A stretch of DNA of 64,000 bases from an uncultured delta proteobacterium (GTDB lineage Bacteria > Myxococcota_A > Polyangia > Polyangiales > B10-G4), in NCBI GenBank assembly GCA_963727445.1, contig CAVSGI010000010.1, positions 1,512,621-1,576,620 of the forward strand. The letters are read 5' to 3'. Positions 29,887 through 40,493 of this stretch are shown piece after piece (position 1 is the first letter of the stretch; each line of letters opens with the position of its first letter). The notes under the pieces were generated by a model that worked only from the letters and a program-made list of their open reading frames with translations, did not search any database and was not told where the DNA came from. The translations under genes were made by a program, and so were the position numbers.

Positions 29887-30456
29887 CTAGAGCACGAAGC
29901 CCACGAACACGCCTCCGCCGAAAGGGTTGGTGTTGCCGGAGAAGCTGCCGTGCAGGGTCAGCTCGGCGCCGATCTCGAGGTGGTTGTCGGGTGGGAAGTG
30001 GAAGACGAGGCGCTGGCCCAGCTCCCAATTGCCGTCGACCTGCAGGCCGCCGCCCGGATCGCCGAGCCACATGCCGAGGCCCCCGAAGGTGCGGAGCTCG
30101 AAGAGGTGGCTCGCGGCGATCCCCACGCCGAGCCGTAGACCCGCGCGCCCGACGTCGTTTGCAGGCGCGGCCAATCCGGCGGTACCAGAGCTCCCTTCCC
30201 AGCCGCCGACGGCCTCGGCGCGCAGGCGCACGCGGTTGCCGAACGCGACCTCGAGCCCGCCGCCGGCGAGCACCGTCCCCTGCCAGGCGTACGGCCCGGC
30301 GAAGGTCCCGCCCAGCACCCACGCCCCGAAGCGGAGCTCCCGGTCGCGGTGGGGAGTGGACTCGACGCCCTGCGCCGTCGACTCCTGAGCAAGCGCCGGG
30401 CGCGCCGACGACGCGAACGTCAATCCGGCGAGGAGAAGCACGAAGCCGCGACGCAT
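29887..30456 (-). CDS. Putative small outer-membrane beta-barrel protein
   Basis: Signal peptide, amphipathic strands. Confidence 0.65.
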   Translation of the reverse strand: MRRGFVLLLAGLTFASSARPALAQESTAQGVESTPHRDRELRFGAWVLGGTFAGPYAWQGTVLAGGGLEVAFGNRVRLRAEAVGGWEGSSGTAGLAAPANDVGRAGLRLGVGIAASHLFELRTFGGLGMWLGDPGGGLQVDGNWELGQRLVFHFPPDNHLEIGAELTLHGSFSGNTNPFGGGVFVGFVL

Positions 30457-30562
30457 GGCGCGGGCTTAGCGCAGCCGGTCACTGGCGCGCAAGCGTTCGC
30501 TCGACACGACCTCCCTTGCCGTCGCCGACGCCGAGCGCACGGTCCCGTGATAACGTCCACGG

Positions 30563-31051
30563 ATGACGCGGGGGGAGCTGCTCGTCGGCTTTGCGGACTC
30601 GGGGATCGCGATCTGTAGCTACGGTCCGGTGGTGATCACGGTGCTCAGAGAGCCGAGCACCATCGCGCGGTTCAGCGAGCTCCGGCGTTGCCTCACGCGC
30701 CTGAGAGCCGACTGGCCTGGTGGAACGTTCTCTCTGACGGTGCTCGAACGGGGGTCGGTCGTGGTGGCCGTGCCCGCCGACATCCGACAAGAATCGACGG
30801 CCATCGCCCGTGACTTCCCGAGCCTGGGCTCGACGATCGTCGTCGAAGCCGACGGCTTCGCCGGCGCGACGCTCCGCGCGTTCCTCTCAGGTCTCTTCCT
30901 CATCTCCGGCAACCGCAGCCAGATCCACGGATCGGTGGACGAAGCGGCGGAGTGGCTCGCCAAGCGCATTTCCCAGACGCCGAACTACGAGCCGGTCGCT
31001 GCGCAGGGCCTACGCGGAGCGGTAGGCTCCGCCCGCGACGCGATACGCTGA
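30563..31051 (+). CDS. Hypothetical protein (STAS/SEC14-like)
   Basis: Ends in SVDEAAEWL, typical of myxobacterial SpoIIAA-like proteins. Confidence 0.6.
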   Translation: MTRGELLVGFADSGIAICSYGPVVITVLREPSTIARFSELRRCLTRLRADWPGGTFSLTVLERGSVVVAVPADIRQESTAIARDFPSLGSTIVVEADGFAGATLRAFLSGLFLISGNRSQIHGSVDEAAEWLAKRISQTPNYEPVAAQGLRGAVGSARDAIR

Positions 31052-31140
31052 CGCGGGCAGAGGGTGCAGCCTGGTGATGGTGATGGCGCGATCATCCACC
31101 GCCGGGAGTCGCTCCTGCCGACGGACGCCGCCTGCAGATC

Positions 31141-32358
31141 TCATCGGAGCAATGCCCAGATGCTGGTGGCCACGCCAGTGACGAGCCCGAGCCCCGCCAG
31201 CCCGAGGAGCACCGTGTAAGCTTTGGGGTGGTGGTCGATCCAGTGCTCGAGCGCGGAGAGGAACCGCTTCGTAGCTGTGACGTGGCATTGGGGCTTGGCT
31301 GTACCGGCGCGGACGCGGCGGAGCTCCTCGAGCATCTCACCGGCGTCGGCGTAGCGCTCGTCAGGGTCGCGTTTCAACGCTCGCGCGGCGAACCATAGAA
31401 CGTCCATCGGCGCGCCTGCATCGACGAACATGTCGTGCAATTTGCCCCGACCGTCGAACTCGTGCTGGAGAAGCGTCGCAATGATCGCCGCCACGTTCTT
31501 CAGGTGCTCGAGGGGATGATGAAGTGTGAAGAGCTCCACGATCAGTATGCCGATGGCGAATACGTCGGTCCGTGCGTCGAGCTCGGCGTTCTTTCCAGCC
31601 GCTTGTTCGGGGGACATGTAGAGCGGCGTTCCCAGGATCGAGCCCGCCGCCGTTTCGACGAGCCGCCCCTGGTGGGCGCCAGTGTCCGCCAGGTCGTCGG
31701 CCGGGTCTTCCGCGCCGATCGGCTTGGCGATCCCCCAGTCCATCAGCGTCACCTCGCCGTGATTGCCCACCATCACGTTGGCGGGCTTGAGGTCTCGGTG
31801 GATGAAACCTCGTTCGTGTGCGTAGGCGAGCGCTTCGAGGATCTTGGCGATGAGGTCGAGGCGCTCTACGAAGCCGTACCGTCCGAGGGTGTGGGGATCA
31901 CCCGCACGCAGTCGATCGATCAACACCTCGAGCGTGTCGCCGTCGACGTACTTCATGACCAGGTAATGCTTACCGGCTTCATCGACGCCGACGTCGTGCA
32001 CCGGGACGATGCCCGGGTGTTCGAGTTGCCCGATGGTACGAACCTCGTCAGCAAATCGCAGGAGCATCGGGACCGAGATCGCATCCTCGCGGATGCGTTT
32101 GATCGCGACCTTGCGCTGAATGTCCTCGTCGACCGCCAGCACCACCTCGCCGAGGCCGCCCTGACCGAGCGGGCGGACCTGCCGGAACCTCCGCCGGCGA
32201 CCCGACGGCGCGGCTCCCGGCCCCCCGCGAACGGGGAGGACCGTCGTGTGCATGCCCAACGATTGAACGGGAGCGTCCCCTTCGACGCTGGTCGTCGTGC
32301 CCAGGAGCGCGTCGAAGGTCTTGGCGACATCGTCCGACGTCGTCGAGGCCATGACCAT
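31141..32358 (-). CDS. Ser/Thr protein kinase with C-terminal TM
   Basis: GQGGLGEV, VAIK, HRDLKPAN, DWG, GTPLYMSPE. Confidence 0.92.
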   Translation of the reverse strand: MVMASTTSDDVAKTFDALLGTTTSVEGDAPVQSLGMHTTVLPVRGGPGAAPSGRRRRFRQVRPLGQGGLGEVVLAVDEDIQRKVAIKRIREDAISVPMLLRFADEVRTIGQLEHPGIVPVHDVGVDEAGKHYLVMKYVDGDTLEVLIDRLRAGDPHTLGRYGFVERLDLIAKILEALAYAHERGFIHRDLKPANVMVGNHGEVTLMDWGIAKPIGAEDPADDLADTGAHQGRLVETAAGSILGTPLYMSPEQAAGKNAELDARTDVFAIGILIVELFTLHHPLEHLKNVAAIIATLLQHEFDGRGKLHDMFVDAGAPMDVLWFAARALKRDPDERYADAGEMLEELRRVRAGTAKPQCHVTATKRFLSALEHWIDHHPKAYTVLLGLAGLGLVTGVATSIWALLR

Positions 32359-32410
32359 GAGGGTGCCTCGCTCGCGACGACCTGTCGAGACGCGTCGAGT
32401 GGTCGTCCGC

Positions 32411-33853
32411 TCAGAAGAGCGCGCAGAGGCTCATTTCGATCGCGTCACCGTCGGTGAGCGGCCCCATCAGATCGACTCCCGCGATCGGTGACGTTCGAAG
32501 GTAGTCAGCCGTCGTCGCGGGAAGCGTCGCCGGCATGACCAGAAGCACCGGAATGCCCCGGGCGCCGACGGAGAGCGCCAGCAGGCGGTGAGTCGTGTTC
32601 ACGACACCCGCGCGAGTGCCGTCCGGCACCATGTCGCTGGCAATCGCGACGGCTTCCGCGTAGTCGTCTGCGTTCGCGTATCGGACGAAGGGGATCCCCA
32701 GCGTGCCGAGGACGGAATCGGACAGGCGGGTCGAATCGCCGATCACGTCCGCCCCCGTGATCGACGAATGGCTCGACAGCCACATCGCGGTTTCCGAGGG
32801 AACGCTGCCGCCGTTGACGTAGAGCACCGGGCGCCGCCGCGCGGCCGCGGCTGCCACCGCGACGGCGGAGTCCTTCAACGCCTCGTCGCTGGGACGAAGG
32901 ATCAAGACCCTGCCATCGCCCACTCCGATCTGGTTGGCGATGCGCCGTGCGGTATCGGCCCACCCGCCGCCTCCGATCCGCGTGACGGTCCAGCCGTGAA
33001 GCCCGGCGATGGCGGACTCCAGCGCGGGAGTCAGGTCGCTGTCGCCACCGACGAGGAAGACCTCCGTGACGCTCCCGGTGTTGGCCAGGAGGTAATCGCG
33101 AACGTCGGTGCGCAGCATTCCACCGGCGGTGAGGATGAGCGGCGCGTTCTTGGCGTGAGCGAGTCCGGGCGCCAGGTTGGCTGCCTGCGACAGGTAGCCG
33201 AGCGCCGCATCTCCCTGGGCGGACGCCAGCACGACCGCGGGGGGGGACGTGAAGTGGCGCTCGGCGTAGCGGATCGAGGCCCCGATGCCGATCTCCGAGA
33301 CACGGATGTAATCGACGACGCCGGGACATGGATAGGTCGGCATGGACGTATCGGGTGCGGCGTCGACGGCCGAGTCCACCACAGGCGCCGTGTCGACGGC
33401 AGCATCCGTCGAGCAGGTACCCATGCACGGCGGCGTCACGCACGCGCCCTCGTCACAGTCGGTCGCGGTGGGGTCGTCGTCCGGTGGGCACATGACGCCG
33501 AGACACGCGCTGGAGAAGGTGTAGAACAGGGCTTGGTTCGCGCGCAGGTCGACGATGCCTTCTCGACGGACGTTCCCGGACGGGCCTCGGCCGATGACCT
33601 CGATGTCGTAATGCCCGCTCGGAACGTTCAGGAACTCGGCCACGCGCACGGCCTCTGTGAGCGGCGCGCCGGCGCCGATCGGGGTGACCGTCGTGCGCAC
33701 CATCGCGCCACCTCGACGCAGCGTCACCCCCACCTCGGTGATGTCCACCCCCGGCACGAGATTACTGCGCACGTCGACGGTGAGGGCGTAGCTCTCGCCT
33801 TCACAGGCACAGAGCAGCCCGAAGAGCGCGATCGCAAATGGCCGACGTCGCAT
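32411..33853 (-). CDS. Lipoprotein with cell-wall-binding repeat 2 (CW_binding_2)-like domains
   Basis: VVLAS...APLILT...VFLVGG...VTRIGG...DTA pattern, repeated about three times. Confidence 0.7.
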   Translation of the reverse strand: MRRRPFAIALFGLLCACEGESYALTVDVRSNLVPGVDITEVGVTLRRGGAMVRTTVTPIGAGAPLTEAVRVAEFLNVPSGHYDIEVIGRGPSGNVRREGIVDLRANQALFYTFSSACLGVMCPPDDDPTATDCDEGACVTPPCMGTCSTDAAVDTAPVVDSAVDAAPDTSMPTYPCPGVVDYIRVSEIGIGASIRYAERHFTSPPAVVLASAQGDAALGYLSQAANLAPGLAHAKNAPLILTAGGMLRTDVRDYLLANTGSVTEVFLVGGDSDLTPALESAIAGLHGWTVTRIGGGGWADTARRIANQIGVGDGRVLILRPSDEALKDSAVAVAAAAARRRPVLYVNGGSVPSETAMWLSSHSSITGADVIGDSTRLSDSVLGTLGIPFVRYANADDYAEAVAIASDMVPDGTRAGVVNTTHRLLALSVGARGIPVLLVMPATLPATTADYLRTSPIAGVDLMGPLTDGDAIEMSLCALF

Positions 33854-33919
33854 CGGGGTATTGTATCATCGGCGTCACGGCTCACCGGGCCGGACGCCAA
33901 TGCCTGGGGAGGGGGATAG

Positions 33920-34429
33920 ATGAAGGCGACCTTCACGAGTGCCGTCGCGAGGGGCGAGCTCGAATACCGCTGTGACGCGTGCGGATATGCCGCGACCGCG
34001 ATCGTCACCGCCATGGGCGAAGGTGGTCAGTCGAGCCTCAACCGCCCTGGGACCGCCGGCGAGCGAGCGCGGCAAAACGCGGTGGCGAACCTCGAACGCA
34101 ATCTCGCGATCGCCTCCTGTCCGAAGTGTGGCCATCACGATCAGGTCGCTGTGACCTTCTGGTGGATACGGCGCCTCCTTCCCGTCGTTCTGGTGACGGC
34201 GACCATCGTCCTCATGGGATGGGCGCCCGCGTTCGTCGACATGAACATGAAGGAGTCGGACGTATCGACCGCCGGCTGGATCACGACATTCATCGCTCTC
34301 CTCATTGCCATCCCGATGGTGATCACTCACGTGATGATGGGGTGGTCCAGGGCGATCCGCTCTGTGAGGTTCGAAGGAGGCGGGGCACAAGAGAGCGGGA
34401 CCACCGGCCTTCGCAATCCGGAGTCGTGA
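33920..34429 (+). CDS. Zinc-finger membrane protein
   Basis: CDAC...CPKC plus two TMs. Confidence 0.65.
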   Translation: MKATFTSAVARGELEYRCDACGYAATAIVTAMGEGGQSSLNRPGTAGERARQNAVANLERNLAIASCPKCGHHDQVAVTFWWIRRLLPVVLVTATIVLMGWAPAFVDMNMKESDVSTAGWITTFIALLIAIPMVITHVMMGWSRAIRSVRFEGGGAQESGTTGLRNPES

Positions 34430-34435
34430 TTCAGC

Positions 34436-35938
34436 TCAAGGTCGTGGCATCGGGCAGCGAACGGCGTTGATCAGCGGCCAAGTCGAGGGATCGGTGAAGT
34501 CGTTTGCGGCGACGGTGCCCTCACGGGTGACGCCATCGTCCCAACCACCGCTCTCCACCCAGCCGAGGTCGTCGAAGGCCAGCGCACCGAACCCGCGGTC
34601 GGGCCCCGACACCCGCACGTCGTCGATCTCGGCAATCGCCCCCGCACCGAGGTCGACGACCAGTCCGACGGTGTCGTTGTCGCTGATCTCGAGGCCCGCC
34701 AGATGTACGTGCGCGGAGCTTCCGAGCAGGACTCCCGCACCGATCTCGACCGGCATCGTGCCGACGATCCGGGTGAGGTTGCGCGTCCCGCGGATCTCCG
34801 AGCTCGAGATGGAGATCGACGAGGCATCGCAAGCGCGCACGCCAGCAAAGTGATTGTCGAGGATGTGGGCGTCACTGATCTGGGCCTCGGCGCCTTCCTG
34901 TACCCACAGACCGGCGTTGGCGCTGCCCTCGAGCGTCAGCGCGTCGAGCTCGACAGACGAGCCGTCCACGAGGATCGCGTACCCCTCGGAGCGCGTGACC
35001 GAGACGTCAGCGCCGACGAACCGACCGCCCCCGGCGACCACCAGGCCGTACGCCGGAATGAGCCGCGTGCCCTGAAGCGCGTGATCCGCGGTCAGGTCGC
35101 GCACGCAGGTGTGACCGCCCACGACGCGCACGTTTGTGGGGAGCACCTCACGGATCTCGGTGGCGCGAAGCGTGAGATTCGTGTTCATGGCGTGCAGGCC
35201 CGCCTCCGCGAAGCCCCGAATCGAGGTCCCGTAGGCCATCGCTTCGCGGACCCCAGCGAGCGCGATGCCGATGGTCGCCGCGTCGTCGGGTGTCGGCTCC
35301 GAGGGCTGATCCTCCGCGTTGTCTGCCCGCACCGACCCCGTGACCTCCAGGTCGTGCATCGACAGGCGGTCGAGGTCGGTCGCGCCCAAGCCGATGCCGG
35401 TGTCCACGCGTATCGTCAGGTGTTCGGCGCGTGCTTCACCCGCCCCCTCGAAGCTCACGCCAGCGGCGCCGTTCGCCTCGGCGGCGAAGCAGCGGACGAC
35501 GGTGGGCGTGTCGTTCGGTGTGACGACGACCGCGGGCCGACCCGCGGGCGCGACGATTACGGTCGCATCCGGACCCGACCCCGCGAGCGTGATCCCCGCA
35601 GGGACGGAGAACGACCCCGTGACGCGACAGTTGCCCACGCGAACGACGTCGCCCGTGTGTGCGTCTGCGAGCGCCCTTCGCAGGGCGGACGCGTCACAAA
35701 TCCCGCCTCCGCCGGCGACGCAAGGTGGCGCGGGAGCGAGGAGCTCCGGACACTCGACGCCTTCGCCGGGGGCGGGCGGCACGTCGTAGGAGTCCGGAAC
35801 CGGAGGGCGCGGCCTCGGCGGCTCCATGCCGGCATCGGCGTCGGCCCGGGCATCGGTCTCGGTCGTGCCGTGGCTGCCGAAGCAGCCCATCCCGGCGAGC
35901 AGGAGAGAGGCGAATGCCAATGCGCGCCGCGCGGGCAT
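34436..35938 (-). CDS. Lipoprotein with right-handed beta-helix repeats
   Basis: Lipobox GMGC, pectin-lyase-like rungs. Confidence 0.75.
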   Translation of the reverse strand: MPARRALAFASLLLAGMGCFGSHGTTETDARADADAGMEPPRPRPPVPDSYDVPPAPGEGVECPELLAPAPPCVAGGGGICDASALRRALADAHTGDVVRVGNCRVTGSFSVPAGITLAGSGPDATVIVAPAGRPAVVVTPNDTPTVVRCFAAEANGAAGVSFEGAGEARAEHLTIRVDTGIGLGATDLDRLSMHDLEVTGSVRADNAEDQPSEPTPDDAATIGIALAGVREAMAYGTSIRGFAEAGLHAMNTNLTLRATEIREVLPTNVRVVGGHTCVRDLTADHALQGTRLIPAYGLVVAGGGRFVGADVSVTRSEGYAILVDGSSVELDALTLEGSANAGLWVQEGAEAQISDAHILDNHFAGVRACDASSISISSSEIRGTRNLTRIVGTMPVEIGAGVLLGSSAHVHLAGLEISDNDTVGLVVDLGAGAIAEIDDVRVSGPDRGFGALAFDDLGWVESGGWDDGVTREGTVAANDFTDPSTWPLINAVRCPMPRP

Positions 35939-35961
35939 GCTCACAGTGTACGATGTCACCC

Positions 35962-37680
35962 ATGCGCGCCACGAACTTGGTTTGGGTCGTCTCGTCCGCG
36001 ATCACGCTCAGCGCCTGCGGCGGATCGGACGGAATGAGTGACGCTGCCGGGGATGGGCCGGCTCCGGACAGCAGCGCGCCGAACGACGGTGGAGGCGGTC
36101 ACGCCACGCTGCTTCCCCGCTGCGAGGACACCGAGGCAGACGGGACCGACATGCTCGATCACGTCCCGAGCACGTTGATCGGCTCCATCGTGCCGAACGT
36201 CATGCGCGTGGCGATGTCGAGTCCGCTGAACCCCGCCACGGAAGACGGCGAGATGCTCTATCGCTCGATGGGCTACGACCGCCTCTCGCGCGGACCTGGG
36301 ATAGATCGCGTGCTGCGCACCGACCTCGGTGCCGAAGCCCCGCCCGACGTGGGACGACGTTCGCTCGTGTGGTTCATCCAGTACTCGGACTTCCAGTTCG
36401 TCGACGACGAGTCTCCGACTCGTCTGGCGTTGTTCGACAACCCGGTCGAGCAGGGTGCCATGCGCTCCCAGGAGGCCTACCTCGGGCGAGCCATCAGCGC
36501 GATGAATCGCACCGTCACCCGCATCGAGGCGTCGGACCGGCCTTACGACTTCGGCATTCTCACCGGCGACTGCGCCGACAGCACTCAGTCGAACGAGCTC
36601 GAGTGGGTGCTCAGCGTCATGAACGGGACGCCGGGTCTCGAGACGGACTCCGGCGACGACGACGACCCCATCCCCGGCCCGGACAACGATCCGAAGGACC
36701 CGTTCGATCCGGTCGGCTTCCCCGCCCCATGGCTCTACGTCCCCGGCAACCACGACGTGCTCGTGGTCGGGATCAACGTGCCGGACGACCGCACCAGGGC
36801 CACCGTCCTCGGCACCGCCGCGGTGACCGGGACGCGCGATTACCGCCAATGGTACGCGCCGGTGACGACGAGGTCCGTGCCGGCGGACCCCGCTCGCCGT
36901 ATCGTGGACCGCGACGAGATCGTGGCGCGGCTGCTCGCCGACGACGACGGTCCCGGTCCCGTCGGGCACGGTTACTCCGCTGGCACCGACACGACGAACG
37001 GGGCCAACTACGTCTACGATGCGATCCCCGGCCTGCTCCGTATCATCGCGATCGACACGAGCGATGACACCGGCGGAGCGAACGGGCTGGTGCATCGACC
37101 CACCGTCGACGACTTCCTCGTGCCCCAGCTCGACCAGGCCGAGGCGGACGGCATGCTGGTCATGATCGCCTCGCACCACTCGACCACCGAGATCGACGTC
37201 TACCGCGGCCAGCTCGGGACCGATGTCGTCGACGACGCGGTCCCGCCCGACGAGCTCGAGCAGATCGTGGCTGCGCACCCCGTAGCGATCGCCTGGATCA
37301 TCGGTCACACGCACGATAATCGGGTGCGGGCGGTGCCCGGCGCCGACGCCGATCACCCTGGTTACTGGGAGATCATGACCTCCGCCATCGCCGACTATCC
37401 GGGGCAGGCGCGCGCGATCGAGATCGTCGACAACGGCAACGACACGCTCTCCATCTTCGGTACCCTCATCGACAACGACGCCGACGACTGCAGCGAGCGT
37501 CGCTACCGACGGCTGATGATCATGGAGTACGTCAGCGGTTGGTGGAAGGAGGTCAGCCACGACCCCAACGACCTGAACGTCGAGCTCGTCATACCGACGC
37601 CAGCAGCAGCGGCGGACGCGGTCACCGCGGCGACGGGACACGACCGCATCGAGAGCGAGACCACGCTGCGCGGCATGTGA
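35962..37680 (+). CDS. Metallophosphoesterase lipoprotein (TIGR03767-like)
   Basis: SDFQFVDDESPTR, TGDCAD, GNHD, SHH, GHTH, WEIMT. Confidence 0.85.
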   Translation: MRATNLVWVVSSAITLSACGGSDGMSDAAGDGPAPDSSAPNDGGGGHATLLPRCEDTEADGTDMLDHVPSTLIGSIVPNVMRVAMSSPLNPATEDGEMLYRSMGYDRLSRGPGIDRVLRTDLGAEAPPDVGRRSLVWFIQYSDFQFVDDESPTRLALFDNPVEQGAMRSQEAYLGRAISAMNRTVTRIEASDRPYDFGILTGDCADSTQSNELEWVLSVMNGTPGLETDSGDDDDPIPGPDNDPKDPFDPVGFPAPWLYVPGNHDVLVVGINVPDDRTRATVLGTAAVTGTRDYRQWYAPVTTRSVPADPARRIVDRDEIVARLLADDDGPGPVGHGYSAGTDTTNGANYVYDAIPGLLRIIAIDTSDDTGGANGLVHRPTVDDFLVPQLDQAEADGMLVMIASHHSTTEIDVYRGQLGTDVVDDAVPPDELEQIVAAHPVAIAWIIGHTHDNRVRAVPGADADHPGYWEIMTSAIADYPGQARAIEIVDNGNDTLSIFGTLIDNDADDCSERRYRRLMIMEYVSGWWKEVSHDPNDLNVELVIPTPAAAADAVTAATGHDRIESETTLRGM

Positions 37681-37716
37681 CCCGAGAAGCCGACGCCGGC
37701 GTGGACGGCGGCCAAC

Positions 37717-39126
37717 TCAGTTCTGGACCCGGATCGTTCGGGCGGCGTCATCGATCGTGAGAGCGCATCGGGCGGGCACCATGGGGTGTGTGATCCTGTC
37801 GCAGACGGCCTTGCCGACGATGACTTCATCGGGGAAGTCGGCGCAGGTACCGGGAGGTTCGCGGGTCACGGTGTACGTGCGACGCTCCGCGCCGAGCGCG
37901 ACCTCCTCCGGGACCGCGCGCTGAGCGTAGGCGTGGGCGAGCAGGCGTAGCGAAAGGTGGCGTTCGGCGGACTCGACCTCGCCCGACAGAGCTTCGCGCA
38001 CCTCTTCTTCGGTGCAGGGGTCGTCCTCTCCGCAGCGCAGGACCTGCTCGCAGCGCAGCGCCGAGAGCTCCGTCGCGATCGCGTCGCAGTCGTGGCCGGT
38101 GAGAGCGTCCATCGCGGCGTCGAAGGCGGGCTCGGGCCGCCGGAAGTCCCCGACCTGCTCGACCAATCGGCCCTTCTCGAAGAGATCACAGGCGTGGGCC
38201 GCGGCGAGCTCCGGGTCGGTCTGCGCCGACAGGCGGAGCAACAGGGCGAGGTGAGGCGCGCACACCGCTTCGCCGCGAGACGAGGCCACGTCTCCGTAGC
38301 GGTCGAGCGTCACGATCTCCCCGAGCCGACTCACGGCCACGCGACGGATCGCGGGATCGTCCTCGGGGAGCAGGCCGATGGCGCGGCAGGCGGCGAGATC
38401 GCGGCTGGCGTCTTCGTCGAGGGATGGGCGCATGCGTTCCGCGAGCCGAGCGCGCTCTGCATCGGGGAGCGCGGCGGCTTGCTCCTCCCAGTCCCAGAGG
38501 TTCACGCGTCGGCTCTCGAAGAGGAAGTTCGCCATGGGCTCGTCGCCGAGGCGCCCGATCTCGGACAAGAGCGCCTGCTGGTCGGCGGGGTTCTGCTCCG
38601 CCGCACACTCGGCGAAAGCCGAGAGCGACGCCGCGAAGTCGGTTGGCACCGCATCGAAGTCGGGGCGGTCGGCGTCGCCCGCGGCGTCGCCGCAGAGGCT
38701 GAAGGCCGTCTCCTCGGCGAGGTAGACGACATGCCAGGTTTCGCCAGGGGCACAGCGAAAGGCGAGGCGGGCGGTGGTGCCGTCCCCAGCGATCTCGGCC
38801 CCATCCTCGCTGCAGGGCGTGCTCACTCCGAGCGATTCATCCCCTCGCTCGATGGCGAGCCCCGAGTAACCCACGAAGCCCGGAAGCCGGCCGGAGCTCG
38901 TGAAGCGCGAGCCGGCGACGATGCGGGCGGCCAGAGGGCCTTCGTCGAAGCTCGCGATCTCCTCCTCGTGGTCGCAGGCCGAGCATCCGCCCAGCGCCGC
39001 GAAGAGGACCACCAGGCTGCGCGAGGCCCACCGCGAGATCCCAACCCGATGCGCTCGTGTCGCGCGATTCATCGGCGCGACCGCCCGACGATCGCGTGCA
39101 TGACGACGAGGGAATGACAAAGGCAA
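37717..39126 (-). CDS. Hypothetical lipoprotein
   Basis: Lipobox LGGC; start uncertain. Confidence 0.6.
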   Translation of the reverse strand: MPLSFPRRHARDRRAVAPMNRATRAHRVGISRWASRSLVVLFAALGGCSACDHEEEIASFDEGPLAARIVAGSRFTSSGRLPGFVGYSGLAIERGDESLGVSTPCSEDGAEIAGDGTTARLAFRCAPGETWHVVYLAEETAFSLCGDAAGDADRPDFDAVPTDFAASLSAFAECAAEQNPADQQALLSEIGRLGDEPMANFLFESRRVNLWDWEEQAAALPDAERARLAERMRPSLDEDASRDLAACRAIGLLPEDDPAIRRVAVSRLGEIVTLDRYGDVASSRGEAVCAPHLALLLRLSAQTDPELAAAHACDLFEKGRLVEQVGDFRRPEPAFDAAMDALTGHDCDAIATELSALRCEQVLRCGEDDPCTEEEVREALSGEVESAERHLSLRLLAHAYAQRAVPEEVALGAERRTYTVTREPPGTCADFPDEVIVGKAVCDRITHPMVPARCALTIDDAARTIRVQN

Positions 39127-39255
39127 CTCTCGAAGACCACTCTACCGTCGGGTTTCACGAACCGGTAGCTCGTTCCCACCACGGCCGAGCTCGCCTCTCC
39201 CACCCGGACATAGCCCCGCTCGACGAGCGATCGTCCAGCACGTAGCCTTCTCTGG

Positions 39256-40443
39256 GTGCAATCGAGGGACTTCGTGATAGTGCTCGCGGTCCCGCTCGTT
39301 GCGTGCGGGCGGATCCATTTCGATCCGCTTGCCGCGCCCGAAGATGCCGGGCACTGCGCGTCGGTCGATTCGGCCATGGACAGCGCCGTCGACGCGATGG
39401 TGGACGCCGACGCCGCAGAGGACGCCGACGCGATGCCAGGCGCGGTGTGTGGCAATGGAGTGATCGAGACCGGGGAAGCCTGCGACGACGGTGACCGCCT
39501 GCCCGACGATGGCTGTGATGATCTGTGCGCGGTCGAGGCGGGCTGGACATGTGGCTTCGAGCCGTCGATCTGTGCGCCGCCCGGGTTCACGCCGGTGGCG
39601 GCTGGGACGTTCATGATGGGAGCGCCTGTCGGCGAGGTGGGTAGAGTCGACACCGGCGACAACACGGAGCTGCTTCACGAAGTGACGCTGACCCGTGCGT
39701 TCATGATCCAGCCGACGGAAGTGACCCAGGAGGCGTACGCGGCGATCATGGGCTGGAACCCGAGTGAGTTCGGGCCGCTGGGTCCGGGCGCGGATTGCGG
39801 GCCCACCTGTCCCGTGGAGCGGGCGAGCTGGTACGACGGCGCGGTGTACATGAATCGACTGTCGAGGGGTGAAGGACTCTCGCCTTGCTACATCCTGATG
39901 GACGTCGTCTGCGTGGACATGACGGCCGTGACGGAACCGGTCGATTGCCAGAACGCGACTCGACTCGGCGTCGGCGCGGCCACCGTCACTCTCGGTGCTG
40001 CGACGCCTTACGAGTGCGAAGGGTACCGATACCCGACGGAGGCCGAGTGGGAGTACGCCGCGCGGGCTGGCGATCAACGCGGGACCTACGTCGGCGAGCT
40101 CACTCTGACTGGATGCGAGTCACCCAACCCCGTCTCCGATCGCATCGCCTGGTTCTGCGGCAACGCAGGCGGTACGACGCACCCCGTCGCGATGCTCGAG
40201 CCCAACGCGTGGGGCCTCTACGACGTGCTCGGCAACGTCTGGGAGCACGTGCACGATCTTCACCAACCGATCGCGGCCGGGCCGGCGACCGATCCATGGG
40301 GCCCACCGACCGACACCGATCCGGCCCGAGTCGCCAAGGGTGGCGCCTGGCTTCACTCCGCGTTCAGCGCGCGCCCCGCGAGACGCAGCCCCGCCCTCGC
40401 CCCGCAGCGGCAGGTGGGCTTCCGTGTCGCGCGCACGCTGTGA
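39256..40443 (+). CDS. FGE-sulfatase (SUMF1) domain lipoprotein with myxococcal Cys-rich repeat
   Basis: CGNGVIETGEACDDG, PTEAEWEYAARAG, NAWGLYDVLGNVWE, GFRVART. Confidence 0.9.
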   Translation: MQSRDFVIVLAVPLVACGRIHFDPLAAPEDAGHCASVDSAMDSAVDAMVDADAAEDADAMPGAVCGNGVIETGEACDDGDRLPDDGCDDLCAVEAGWTCGFEPSICAPPGFTPVAAGTFMMGAPVGEVGRVDTGDNTELLHEVTLTRAFMIQPTEVTQEAYAAIMGWNPSEFGPLGPGADCGPTCPVERASWYDGAVYMNRLSRGEGLSPCYILMDVVCVDMTAVTEPVDCQNATRLGVGAATVTLGAATPYECEGYRYPTEAEWEYAARAGDQRGTYVGELTLTGCESPNPVSDRIAWFCGNAGGTTHPVAMLEPNAWGLYDVLGNVWEHVHDLHQPIAAGPATDPWGPPTDTDPARVAKGGAWLHSAFSARPARRSPALAPQRQVGFRVARTL

Positions 40444-40493
40444 GACCACACGCGTTGACGCGTTGCGCTGGCGCGCGGCGGTCTCGGCTCGCC

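Noticed and set aside
39256..40443. DGR target gene (FGE/CLec fold)
   Set aside because: No template repeat or reverse transcriptase seen in the window
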